A stretch of DNA of 64,000 nucleotides. Source: Basidiobolus meristosporus CBS 931.73. Lineage: Eukaryota > Fungi > Basidiobolomycota. Below are positions 26,895 through 39,219 of the stretch, in pieces. Within the stretch, counting starts at the first letter, position 1. Each line of letters opens with the position of its first letter. The DNA lies in the NCBI GenBank assembly GCA_002104905.1, contig MCFE01000475.1, forward strand, positions 4,801 to 68,800, in the 5' to 3' direction. The position numbers were made by a program, and so were the translations under genes. A model generated the notes under the pieces. It did not search any database and was not told where the DNA came from. It saw only the letters and a list, made by a program, of their open reading frames with translations.

Positions 26895-27298
26895 TTCGAA
26901 GACACTGACATACACTTGGCTCGCAGGCCCTCCGAGCGCTTATATATATGCATTTAGCCGACGCCGAAAATCCTTTTCTGCGGTGTATTAGCCAAGGATT
27001 TACCCGAACCCAATGGGATGGCCCTCCTGCCATTTTGGTCAAAAGGTGGGAATCAATTCGGAAGTGAGGCCAGATGCACAATTTCCTGGCAAATCAATTA
27101 GTCCAACCCGGCTGAAGACGATCATTTAAGCAGAGTCGGGACTTGCGTCATTGCCAACCATGGAGATACTTTTCATACTTTAATAAACTTGTAAATTAAA
27201 CAGAGAAAAATTCAACGTTATAGCAAGAGGGGGCTGATGAGATGGGATGAGTGCGTGTGATGAAAAAGATCAGATAAACCAAAGGCTTGGTGGGCGGT

Positions 27299-28726
27299 TT
27301 ATTGTTGCTTGCATTCTTGTGGCTTTTCGTTCGACTGAGTCTCCTCGTCACTACCTTCATCGGAGTCAAGCCCTTCTTCATCATCGGTGGTGTCGTCGTA
27401 AAACTCCTCCTCGGCGTAATCCATACCAAAGTCCTCGTACTGTAATGCCTTACCAGTGAACCAGTCAATGGCGTGCGGGATGATCTTTTCCTTGAACTCC
27501 TCTCCCAACTCGTAGTCCGCCTCCAGTCTCTCGCTGAGCTCACGCTCCTCGGCCTCGGAGATGTTGGTCACATCAGGAACAACGATGGGTGTGAAGAAGT
27601 TAAAGAAGGTATCGGCCTGGACTGTTCTTTTCACCACACGGGTTTGGTTGGTTCCCTTGTGCTTCTGCTTCTTGGACTCCACAGTGGTGCTTAGGTCCTT
27701 TCCTTCCTTCCATTGGATTTCGGTGCTAAACAGTGCGATCGTTAGTGGCCATCGGTGGTGTACTTGGGGCCATGGTTAGCTTACCCTTCGGCATGGTCGA
27801 AGACCAAATCACCGCTGCTGGCGGACTCCTGGTAGAAGTAGGATTTGACAAGCACCTTGTTGGTGAAATACTCGTTTTCTTCAAAATCAAACTCCAACTT
27901 GAAGCCCTATAAACCACGTCAGAGAGTGAACAGTCACCAAACGCCGCTCATTACACAACTTACGGGGTTATTTTCAAGGTATCCCAATCGTACATCGACC
28001 AAGTGTTTCAGTACGCCCTCGTCTTTGGCGCTGATCAATTCGGCAAGATGTACGTGATTCTTTAATACAGTGAGCCAGAAGGAAGGCACTCCCTTGGTTG
28101 GGCCTTGCTCCGATTCATCTTCACCATCTTCCAGATCTTCGGTAAGCTCTTCATCAGCCTGCTTACCAGACTCCACCTCCTCTTCGGTTGGCTCTGCACC
28201 ACCGGTAACGAATTCCTGTCTCTTCTGGTAGAGAGGGCGGTAGAGCTCCAGGTATTTCTTTTCAAGCTCCAGGATCTCCTCGTGGAACTTCAACTCAAGC
28301 TCTGCGTGTTTAGACTAGAAAGAAAAGGTCCACTTGAGTACCAGGGAAGGGCCCATCCAACACCTCAGCATGAAACCTACTTGGAGATGCTTAAGACCGT
28401 AAATCCGACGCTTCACGTCGACAGGGAGGTTCTTGATGTTCTGTGCACTCTCCTCAGCAAACGAGCCCAACTTGCCCTGGAGGTTCTGAAAGAGTTGCTG
28501 GTCGCCACTAGAATCCGCCTCCTCGTCTAGCTTGGATAAACTAGGTGGTCTCATGGAGGAATTTATTGGGGCGAAGACGCTGGGTGTGTTGTTGGGGGTG
28601 GGTGCTGTCCAGTCAGAATTCCTGGATTTGACTTTGATATCAACTAGGGATAAACGAGAGGTCAGTCAGACAGGCGAAGCCAGGAGGGAGGGGAAGGGAG
28701 GCGAGATTACCTGGTTTATGGTCCAT
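27299..28726 (-). CDS. NAP1: Nucleosome assembly protein 1, multi-exon
   Basis: [79 protein letters not shown], acidic tail and ECKQQ*. Confidence 0.95.
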
Positions 28727-29453
28727 GATGTTCCCTCGAGAGAATAGATTAAAAGGTGCGTGCGAAATTTACAAGAGTAGGTTGTGAGGATGAAACAAAA
28801 AAGCCCTAAAGAAAGTCTTTGTCAAGGAAACCTCCAAAATGGAAAAATAAAGTGGTGAAAAATTGGGTGCAGAAATTGGGTAGGTTTTTTCCGTTAAAAA
28901 AATCCGGTCAGGGTGTGGGTTAAGGTGTATGAGAGGGAGCGGGAGAGGGTGAGGGTGAGTACGTGCGATAGGTTACCATTCGATTCCAGTGGATGATGAA
29001 TGATGGATGTTATCTTACTAATGGTCCTCCATGATTGGTCGCCCAGCGTTCTCGGTATTTTCTGTGGGTTAACATCGACTTCTTGGGAACGTCCTCTGAC
29101 TGGTGGATTTCAAGTAGCACATCTATACAAAATACCCGTGAAAACGTTGGAATCCGTAAATAGGCTTTCCTGATTGGCTGACAGTAGATGAGAATAACTT
29201 GGTCAGGAATTGATGGCGTGCGTACTGAAACTGTGGACCAATTTGTTGCAGCAACGGAGATGAGGGTTAGGGTTAGGAGTGCCTTTCCTGAGTTAGTGAG
29301 TGTTTATTTCGTTCCAGATCACTTTGTTTATAATCATGATTTGTTTGATTTGAAAGCCTGAGATGATACTAGGTTGGGTTGGGTTGGGTTGGTGGGTGAG
29401 AGGGTAAATATGAGGAGTAGGGGACTAAGGAAAGATCAGGCTTGACACTCTGA

Positions 29454-31781
29454 TTACATGCTCTTGGCGTCCTTGAGCCTCCACATGCTGGCCGGAAGCG
29501 CTATTCAACAACATAGTTAGTAACCTGGGTGCTAAAAGGATGCGTCTGTGATAATACCTTCTATGGAACGAATCTGTCGAATAATGTATCCAAATAGGAG
29601 GGCGGCCCCGATAACCACACTAAGGGTACTGACAAGGTAATAACCATCCACCGAAGTGGCGCAGGTTCCTAACTGCTTAGTACATTGCTCTTTGGCAACC
29701 TCGGCCACGCAGGAGAATGCTTTGGACAATCCGGGTCAGAATGGGTGGTGTGGTTAATTTCGCAAAGGAGAGTTCTTACTGGTGTTGTCAGGCAGGGTGC
29801 ATGTGGCCTCGGTAAAATAATCCACTGCCTCCAAAACGAAGAATTTAGGCCAAGTCCCCCCGAGGTTACTGATGGTGTTCAAAAGCTGGAACGAATGGGT
29901 TAGTAGTTCCCTCGGTTTCGGAAGGTAACTCACTTACCGTCATGTATGTACCACCGATTGCTGGATCAGAGATCGACGTGATAAAGGCCGAAATGCTCAC
30001 AAATTGAACAGTGCTGATAACCAGAGGCTTAGCGGGGGACCCTGCTCGATCAATCGATACCTGTGAACTTACCTCGCAAACGAACTTAAAACCGTTGACG
30101 TAATGACAACAGCAAGATAGGAGTTGGTGACTCCCTCCGATGGGAATATGTAAACAATCCACATTCCAATGCTAGCGAATACCAGACGCATGTAAAATGC
30201 ATACAGCCACTGAATGCGGGTTGGGATTAGCTACCATCTCGATCCAGATCAAGTGGAATGGACTTACTGGCTTTAGCGGCCGAGGTCCGTTACTCCATTT
30301 TGCGGCATAGTAGCCGAACACTATTTGGAATGGGAAATCAATTAACACAGCCAGTGCAAGGTCTTCCTTGTTGAATCCCTTCTCCAGGAGCTTCAATCCT
30401 GTCACTGCGTCGTTGGCGATGAAGCCGATCTTGGCAATGAGCAAGATGGCTAGGAACCTCTTCATATCTGGATTTCGCAATTAAGGATAACTTCAACAAC
30501 ATGCAGGTTCACATTGATATTGGCGGTGAATCAAAGGATACGAGGAAGGGAGCAGATGCTTATCATGGTGCGGTAGACCGACTTGACATCCGTATGCTCG
30601 TCGTTTTCTTCATGCGACGGTTCCTGAATTTTTACCTTAGCCAATGACTTTGACTAGAATGGATGAAGCCTGAAACCTACCTCCTTTTTGACAACTATAA
30701 GCCACAACGTAACCACGAGGTACATAGCAGCCCAGAATGTAAAGTACCCGCCAAGTGAGATGGCTCCAACATCCTCAGGGATGGTGCGGATATACTTGTT
30801 GCTAAACAGAATCCGTTAGCTTCACCGTAGGTATGCATAATTCGCGCGCCGTGTCCGATTTACCAGAACTCTGGAGAGTTCAGCGCAAGAAAAACGGTGA
30901 ACGAGAGGAAATAGCCGGTGTTCAATCCGATGGTTTGGGAAGTAGAAGCGTAAGACAGGTTTTCCTTCGACAACAAGGTCAGAGCCCACCCTAACATATG
31001 AGCAGGGTTACATCCAAAATTAATTCCAACCATACGCGAAATCTCATGCACCAACCATCTACAGCAATATCTATATTATCGAACGAAAAGGGTGATTAGC
31101 TCGGGGAATCTTTGTCAGTGGGAAAGCTTCGGACACAAACCTTGAGTAGCGCACAATAAGATCAGCGAGAAGAAAATGGCGGTAAGGCCGTATACTTTGA
31201 CTTCATCCTAAGGTAGGTTCGCAGTGCCCGTTAATATCACCTAACTCGCGAGTTAACCCCGATAGAATTGGCTACTGTACCACGTCGTTCATCAAGCCGT
31301 CTATGTTGGCACCTAACCAGAAGAACATTGCACTGGTAATGAGCTGAATTGGGACAATCCACGTCTTTCTTCTTCCAATGGTTTTAGAGTAGATCGAGTC
31401 CACAAAAGGTGACCAAAGCAACTTCAAACTGTATGGGTATCCAGCGAGGGAAAAGATGCCAATCTGGGAGTAGCTCATTTTGGACTTTAGTAGGAAAGGA
31501 ATACTTCCGAGGGTAAGGCCCACTGGGATGCCTTGCAATAAATCTAGGCCGGCATGGGTTAGCGAGTCAAAATCAGTGTGGGGGAGAAGCATACGGACAC
31601 CATTCTACGTACAGAGGATTATTAAAAGCGTGATGTTTCCGGCATCATTTTGTTTTCTAGGCTGGCTTTTTTCCGGAGGAAAGGAGTTTCCTAGCTCCGA
31701 GAGAGACTCCACCTGGTTATCTCTGTCGCCCAGACCTTTAACCTCCACCCAACCGGAAGGTTTTGTGGAATCGATCGACAT
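29454..31781 (-). CDS. Acetyl-CoA transporter (SLC33A1/AT-1, Acatn family), multi-exon
   Basis: LLQGIPVGLTLGSIPFLL, YPYSLKLLWSPFVDS, GRRKTWIVPIQL, ATQ..GWALTLLS, ASTSQTIGLNTGYF, DPAIGGTYMT. Last exon ALPASMWRLKDAKSM*. Confidence 0.92.
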
Positions 31782-32430
31782 GAAAGTATTGGCTGTGCCG
31801 TGCTACGGTAACTGCTAACAGGAGGAAGAGTGTGGTAAGAGAAAATCCTTGTTCAAACCTTATCAAGTATGCACGATAGGGGTTAGAACACGACTGCTAT
31901 ATTTGAATGAAATGCGGGTTATATCCGAAGTATCCAATGCCGCCGTAGAATTGGTATATTATCCCGTCAGTGGATGGAGTCGCTCCAAATGATCACTGGA
32001 AATTGTATCGTTTGTGCCGTATATCAACAACTTGACCAATGGTCGCCCAACACGCTCAAACCGAATTTGCCTTCGGCCTCCCCTCGCGAGACCATCAGAT
32101 GATTAGTAATCTGGCTATCTGCCTGGCCACCCAACCACCCCTCAAACAAATTCTAACCCGCACTCCGGCGAAGGCAGCCTAATCTAACTAACATTCAACA
32201 TTAGTGAAAGCAAACTGACTAACAGTGAAGGCAAACTAAATAAATCTCGGGTGATTTCCTAACGATCGACTCAAGCCAATGATAATTCCACTCGAAAAAA
32301 AAACTTTCCCATCTGGGTCACGTGGTACGTGGGGACGTCCTGCTGCCGTTGGGTTATGAGTTCAAGGAATTTGCCAGTGGCGGGTTCTTTCTCTCGTTTC
32401 TTTCGTGACCAAAGTATCCTCTTCCTCAAG

Positions 32431-32841
32431 ATGGCCGTCACCCAAAGATCTGGTATTATCGTTGGTTCCAACAAGGGTCACATCACCACCCGTCGTGAAT
32501 TGAAGGTCAAGCCTTCCCACAAGAAGGGCGTAAGTAGCATTTCCAAATCCAAGCCATTTCGTTGGATGGATTCCAAGCCAACGATGGATATCTTTCGTAA
32601 TCCCCGATGCTGACCGACCCATTCCTAGGTTGCTTCCAAGCGTGTCAAGTTCGTTCGCGAGATCGTCCGTGAAGTCGCCGGTTTCGCTCCCTATGAGCGC
32701 CGTATTCTCGAACTTCTGAAGAACTCCAAGGATAAGCGTGCCCGTAAGCTCGCCAAGAAGAGACTTGGTACCTTCATCCGTGCCAAGGCCAAGGTCGAAG
32801 AAATGTCCAATGTCATTGCTGAATCTCGTCGTGCCCATTAA
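32431..32841 (+). CDS. RPL36: 60S ribosomal protein eL36, 2 exons (intron 32530-32628)
   Basis: [25 protein letters not shown]|[50 protein letters not shown], 103 aa after splicing. Confidence 0.97.
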
Positions 32842-33391
32842 GTTTCCTCTTGATTCACCACATATTCTTGGGCCAAAGGTCGCTTAGTCGAGACCTCTCA
32901 CCGACGTGAGTCTTCTTGCTCTATTCGTGTTCCCTTTGGCCAAAATGAAGTCTACTTTGATACGTCTTTGTATTTGAAGTATTTCTTTCAAATAAATCGA
33001 TGTCGTACATATGTTTTGTCTCAGTGAACCGGTGTTAGACCTGGGCAACTTACCCCAGTATCAATCATCTGGTCATGATCTCCGGATTGTTTGTTTATCT
33101 TACCACCCCCAAACAATCACAATTCCTGGATCACGTATCCCTGTCTTTCACTTAGGGTGGCTTAGCATTTCACTCCACTGTAGCTAAGCCACTAAACCAC
33201 TGCGAACGTTTCGTTGAATTGAATCATACAGAAAGTATGGTCAATAAGGAAAACTTACTGGTCGTCTCTCCTGATTAGCATCTGAATTGGTGGCTGATGA
33301 AGCGCCTGGCGATACATCATCACATCACGTCAATATATGCCATCTAACTCTCTGGTACACCATATGTCGCCATGCATTCGACCGGATTTTC

Positions 33392-33398
33392 TATAAAT
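33392..33398 (+). promoter_or_regulatory. TATA box of the repeat-protein gene
   Basis: TATAAAT about 88 nt upstream of ATG 33480. An AATAAA lies downstream at 34773-34778. Confidence 0.5.
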
Positions 33399-33479
33399 GT
33401 TAACCCCACCACCACTCAGTCGACATCTTCAAGCTACTGCAGCTTTCAGAAACCCCAGTTTCCTCTCCACCAGTAAAGT

Positions 33480-34634
33480 ATGAGTTATCACAATATTGGC
33501 CGTAATGTTTCTCGCGGAGATCAGGGCCGTCAAGAGATGGAAGAGCGCTATGGTCTTGGAAAAGGCTATGAACGCGAGAGAAGAACCGGTAAAGAAATGA
33601 ATGAGGGTTACGATCAAGATGAAATGTATGGCCGTCATGGTGGTCAGCATCGTCCTTATGGCCGTCATTATAACGATGAAGATGATATGGAATATGGTCG
33701 TGGTCACATGGGCCAAAGGTACGGCCGTCGATATGATGAAGACATGGACTACGGCCGTGGCCGCATGGGTCAAAGGTATGGTCGCCGCTATGATGAAGAC
33801 ATGGAGTATGGTCGTGGTCGCATGGGTCAAAGGTACGGTCGTCGCTACGACGAAGACATGGAATATGGCCGTGGTCGCATGGGCCAAAGGTATGGTCGCC
33901 GTTATGATGAAGACATGGAGTATGGCCGTGGCCATATGGGTCAAAGGTATGGCCGTCGATATGATGATGAAGACATGGAGTATGGCCGTGGTCGCATGGG
34001 TCAAAGGTATGGTCGCCGCTACGACGAAGACATGGAATATGGCCGTGGTCATATGGGTCAAAGATATGGTCGTCGATATGATGATGAAGATATGGAGTAT
34101 GGCCGTGGTCGCATGGGCCAAAGATATGGTCGTCGCTACGACGAAGACATGGAATATGGCCGTGGCCATATGGGTCAAAGATATGGTCGTCGATATGACG
34201 ATGAAGATATGGAGTACGGCCGTGGTCGCATGGGCCAAAGATACGGTCGTCGCTACGACGAAGACATGGAATATGGCCGTGGTCGCATGGGACAAAGGTA
34301 TGGCCGCCGTTATGACGAAGACATGGAATATGGTCGTGGTCACATGGGACAAAGATACGGCGGTCGTTATGATGAAGACGAGGGGATGGAGTATGGCCGT
34401 GGTCGCATGGGCAACAAATTTGACCATGGCTTCGACAATGACATGGAATATGGTCGTGGTCATATGGGACAAAGATATGGTCGCCATTATGATGAAGACG
34501 AGGAGATGAAGTATGGCCGTGGCCGCATGGGCCAGAGATATGGCAGTCATTTTGACGAAGGCATGGAATACGGTCGTGGCGGTATGAGTCAGAGATATGG
34601 CCGCCACTACGGCGGAAGAATGGGCTACGAGTAA
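33480..34634 (+). CDS. Orphan Tyr/Gly/Arg/Asp/Met-rich tandem-repeat protein (384 aa, intronless, no signal peptide)
   Basis: ATG-initiated ORF with TATA and AATAAA. Repeat units differ mostly at synonymous positions. Confidence 0.8.
   Translation: MSYHNIGRNVSRGDQGRQEMEERYGLGKGYERERRTGKEMNEGYDQDEMYGRHGGQHRPYGRHYNDEDDMEYGRGHMGQRYGRRYDEDMDYGRGRMGQRYGRRYDEDMEYGRGRMGQRYGRRYDEDMEYGRGRMGQRYGRRYDEDMEYGRGHMGQRYGRRYDDEDMEYGRGRMGQRYGRRYDEDMEYGRGHMGQRYGRRYDDEDMEYGRGRMGQRYGRRYDEDMEYGRGHMGQRYGRRYDDEDMEYGRGRMGQRYGRRYDEDMEYGRGRMGQRYGRRYDEDMEYGRGHMGQRYGGRYDEDEGMEYGRGRMGNKFDHGFDNDMEYGRGHMGQRYGRHYDEDEEMKYGRGRMGQRYGSHFDEGMEYGRGGMSQRYGRHYGGRMGYE
33687..34631 (+). repeat. Coding tandem repeat, 16 units of mostly 57-60 bp
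   Basis: Unit MEYGRG(R/H)MGQRYGRRY(D)DED counted 16 times. Units 5-10 form an H-type/R-type 117-bp higher-order dimer repeated three times. Confidence 0.95.
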
Positions 34635-35143
34635 GATGAGGACATGAAATATGGCTGGAGGAAGAGCCAAATGAACCCTCGTCGTTCAATGTATTATGAT
34701 GAAGAGGGACTTTCTTTCTAATGTTCAGGCTAATATCCCAGCATTGCGCCGAACCTTGTAACCAACAGTATCAATAAAATCTCTTTCTCTAATAGGAAAC
34801 CTCAGTGATATATTGTCTTATGCGTACGGGTTCTGCTATTCTTGCTCCAGATCGTTTATTAACGTTGATGTACAAATCATGCTTACCAGTGTGGAATGGA
34901 ATTGAACTGGAATAGGTTAGCGAAGACCAATACAATCATTTAAAATAATCAATAGCAGCGACCAATCAGATGCGTATATCAGATGGACTCGGGAATGGTC
35001 AAGCTCATCAAAATCGAATTAGACAACGGTAGTGGGGATAAAATTTGGAATGTTACAGGCCGGGAACAATTACACGGAAGTCAACGGGGGAAAATACAAC
35101 AAAAACCTATCAAGAATGGGAGGAGAGGGGAGTCGACGACCTT

Positions 35144-37180
35144 CTAACAGGGGAATTTCTCTTTCATGGAGAGTGGGTGTTTGGCGGTGAACGAATAGCC
35201 AGAAAAACAGTCTTGTACACTGGAACTCAAGTGATGTTTAGGTGGGGAAAGACGCGGTGTCATCTCCAAGAAGGTTTCGTCGAAGTTTGATAGATCTTGC
35301 TCGTCACTTAGCGGTGGTATATAAGGGCTATCTATCTGCTTGCTGTAGAGTTGATCCCAGTCAATGCCCTTGAAGTAAGGATGCGATTTCACATCTTCAG
35401 CACCATTAGCACCGCTTCCAAGTCTGTTTGCAGGATTCCTCTCCAAAAGCTGACAATATACCAGTTAAAAACGGCGGGGAATAAACTACTGCATTGACTG
35501 GTAAACTTACCCCAGCGATGAAGCTCATAGTATTTTCATCCAGATCCAAATCATCCGGGAATTCGAGTTCGTCTTGAAGCACTCGATGATACATGTGCGC
35601 GTGGTTTTCCGCCCAGAACGGTGTCTATAAGGGTGATGCGTAAGCAACACTTCTCACTGACATAACTTACGGAAAACCTACTATTCCGGTGAGCATTTCG
35701 TAGAGTAAAGTTCCCAAGCTCCACCAGTCGACTGCGAATCCGTAGTCCTCGGCCCTTAATACCTCAGGTGCAAGATACTCCGCAGTACCACAAAAGGTAT
35801 TAGTGGTCGGGGCGTTAAAGTGGAAACTGCTGTCAGAGATTTGCTTAGAGAGACCAAAGTCCGTGAGAACAATGTGACCGTCGTTGGCGATCAAGATATT
35901 CTCTGGTTTCAAGTCCCTTCGATTCGGATTTAGATAGTGGCCAGCCAAGACATCAGACAAACATAACACATACCTATACACAATACCAAGACGATGCAGC
36001 TCCTGGATCCCTAGGACAATCTCCGCCGCATAGAACTGGCATCTTTCCGGAGAGAAGGAGTGCCATTTGGCCAACTGGGTGGCAATATCACCGCCTGGAT
36101 AGTAATCGAGAACCAAGAAAAGCTGGGATTTGGTTTGGAACGAGTGGTGGAGACGGATCAAGAAAGGATGTTGCACCGAGGTGACGGTGGCGAGGATGTT
36201 CCGCTCAGAGTTGGTGTGCTCGATCTCCCGGTGAAGAATCACCCATTCCTTGGAGATTGCCTTCAGTGCCATGAGCTTGCCACTTTTGTACTCTTTAACC
36301 AGTAGCACCTTTTGGATTGGGGTCATTGAAGTTAATCTTCGAGCCAGGCATGGACCATGTGAACGTATCTAGTAAACCAACCTTTCCCATGCATCCTTTC
36401 CCAATCACTTTGATCAGGTGGAAATCCTCCAAGGTGATCTTGTTCCCAACACTGGACGCTGGAGTCTTGGGTAGATTTTCCTCAGAGGAGCTTTCAGAAG
36501 GCGCGCTAAGTTCCTTTTTATGCTTGCTGTCTCCGTCATGATGTAAGGTAACAAAATCCTTGAAAATGATCGAAGCCCGCAGTCTAGGATCGCTGACCAC
36601 CTTCTTTAGGTATTCATCGACTTTGCCGACGTTGGATTTCTTGATTATGTACTGTCGAGAGATAATGTTCTTCCGTTCGTCCAACGGTGGTAACGGGGGT
36701 CGATTCTTCGGGAAATTCTGCTTGATCTGAGGAAAATTCCCCGGATGGATGAGTTAGTCCAGTTTAGTATATTGGCAAGGTGGGGGGGGGGAGTGAGCAA
36801 TATGCGCACCTTTTGGTCAAAGTCAATGAAATCTTGCGAATATCTGGTGAGCTTTACAATCTGGCTACGGTCTTCGTAGAATACCGCGAAGCCCTAAGGA
36901 CAGTTAGGTTTAGGGTGGTATGAGGGCTGAACTATCACGACTGTACCATGCCGAGTTTGGTTAGCTTCATCGATTTGGGTGGGGCTTCTTCTACAGTAAC
37001 CGTAGGGGCTGCCAGGTCGTTTGCTGACGCATTGGTCAAGGTGATGCTGGTAGATTTTGCTGAGCTTTTGGACAATGAGGATGGAGGTATCATACTGTTG
37101 AGCGATTTTGAATAAAGAGGCGCGCTTGGAAGTGAAATGGAATTCGATAATTTAGCAGCCGGAGACGCTATTCTATAACC
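35144..37180 (-). CDS. AGC-family Ser/Thr kinase with N-terminal PX-like domain (SGK/Ypk-related), multi-exon; start uncertain
   Basis: IGKGCMGKV, ALKAISK, YRDLKPENIL, TDFGLSK, TFCGTAEYLAPE, AVDWWSLG, NFDETF and FSGYSF hydrophobic motif. The upstream TRYSQDFIDFD..FPKNRPPLPP..DEYLKKVVSDP..FKDFV resembles a PX domain. Confidence 0.88.
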
Positions 37181-39219
37181 TAGGGTATTGAGCAAAAGAT
37201 AGAGGAACTGTATGGAATAGACTGAAGCTAGAAATCAAGATAGAAAAATGGACAGCAAAGAGGGTAAAATAAGCGAAGAGGAATGGAAAGGGAAAGGGAA
37301 AGGGTGAAAGAGAATGTCAGGATAAGATCCTAAGCATTTGTTTGCCTATTATTGAGACAACTACACTCATTCCCAATAATTCATGAATATCTCTGCTCAA
37401 CATCTACTCAAAACCATCTAATACTTCTCATGTAACCATGGAGTAATACAAAATTTATGCTCAACCCAATCGATTTTCCCCTCCTACTACATTACAACCC
37501 CGATTCAGTCCAGCCCTGTGAGCAAACGCAATGGAAATGCTGCAACCACGCAGATTCGTAGAAGCTGTGCGTTGAAAGCACTTGATCTGCAAATGAAGCC
37601 TGCTCTCTCGTACGGCCACTGATTGGCCTAGTGACTTTCATATGAAGGTGTTTGTGTTCTTGAGCAATGTATGCTTGCCTAAATTAAACATTGTGTTAAT
37701 GTGGTGTAGTTTGCATGTTTTTAATCACCATCTCGAATCTTGGTTTAGATAAACTCCGTTGATCAGCTTCAATCTCGTCCAAAAGCAATGTATTCTTGTT
37801 GGGCACATAGCCCTGATCACGGAAGTGTTTGTGAGAAACAAAGGGTTAGCTGGCTGGTGATGATTCCAAGAAAGCCTACTTAAGAGCTAACAATCCCCAA
37901 TGTGAGATCAACACCAACAGAATTGATCAGAAGAGAAGTTCGAGCTTTCGTCTCAGTAATCCTATCAAGAACAGACATGATGGTCATACTCTGCTAAAAA
38001 GGAATCATGCAGCATTACCCTTGTAATTGTTATGTTCTTGCGGATCCATAAATAACTGATGCTTCTAACAATGGTATATATACTTCGATACAGAGCGGAT
38101 GCTGGTAACAAAGGAGAGCAATTTGGTAGATATTTTCCCACTTCTGTGCATTCGGATCCTTATCTGGTTGATGCTTCAGAACATTGGAAAAGATCATTAC
38201 AAAGGTTATTGGAACTAGCCCAACTAACACCCGTTCTTAGTAATATGTCATGGGAGCAGTGAGGTACAAGATAATGAATAGACAGCGTCATACTGTCAGT
38301 CATCCGCAGCAGTGCTAGGTCTAGAAATGAAGAGAAGAGGAGGCTTATCCAATGGGTTGAATGCTGTTTATCGGTGGGAGATAAGTTTGCTCTTCCATCA
38401 CACCATATAGCAGTCACAACTTAGATCAATTCGCTAGCTGGGCCGAAGATTCGCAACATCAACATAATGGATACACAAGCATGGTAGCAGCCGTCACGGA
38501 CCAAGTAGTGTGAGTGAATTTCATTGGAGCTGCGTTCTCATCTGATTTTCCGCAGCAGGATTAACTGAACATTCACGTCACATGCCACCATGGCTTGTAG
38601 TTGGTGGATCGGGTGGTACAACCCCTGAGCAGTAGAGGACTGAAGAAACACTTGCCTTTCTGCCCAATAAGATGGTTCAATTTCTCGGTAGTTTTCACCC
38701 ATCAATTAACAGGCCTGGGTTTGTTGCGGTGCTATTGCAAACGTCGAGGAGCAAAGAAAATGCTTCCCAATGGCAGCCAAAACGTCCCTCGGCTGGATCA
38801 GGCGGATTTTCCCATGTGAGATAACATGAGTCACTCCAGATTGTTCAATATATATAATGATTATTCGTTCTCTTTGTCGTCATATCTCCTTCTAGGTAAG
38901 TATGGTCGGTGTAGAGATGAAAACGTACGCTATGATGCGTAGCCAGATCGTCGAATGGGAAACGTTCGCCGCGGAGGTGCCCAAAAAGTCTGCAACGTTG
39001 TCTTTCCTTCAAGTACTAACCACGGGTTTCCGTTTTGGTAGAACGCCTGGGCAAAGGAGACAGCAGAAAGAGAGGCCTGGAACTATAGCGATCTACCTGG
39101 GAACTGTGTTGCCGTGTACTATGTAGTGGACAATGTTGCGAAGGTACCCCGTGCAGGAATTTGGGATCAATCCGGTTAATTAACCCAGCGAAATGTAGGC
39201 GATCACCAACAAGCTGCAT

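Noticed and set aside
33687-34631. CRISPR-like or satellite interpretation of the 57-60-bp repeats
   Set aside because: There are no unique spacers and no cas genes. Unit lengths are multiples of three with synonymous variation, so the repeat is coding.
33400-34689. Three extra long ORFs over the repeat gene (429-aa Cys/His-rich and 413-aa hydrophobic on -, 302 aa on +)
   Set aside because: Best explained by composition: the sense protein has almost no Leu or Ser codons (TTA, CTA, TCA), so antisense stops are absent, and tandem repetition keeps other frames open. TATA, ATG, AATAAA and third-position variation support only the 33480 frame.
37700-38560. Possible decayed membrane-protein gene on the minus strand
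   Set aside because: Hydrophobic fragments and splice-like signals are present, but stops are frequent and no family motif could be assigned with confidence.
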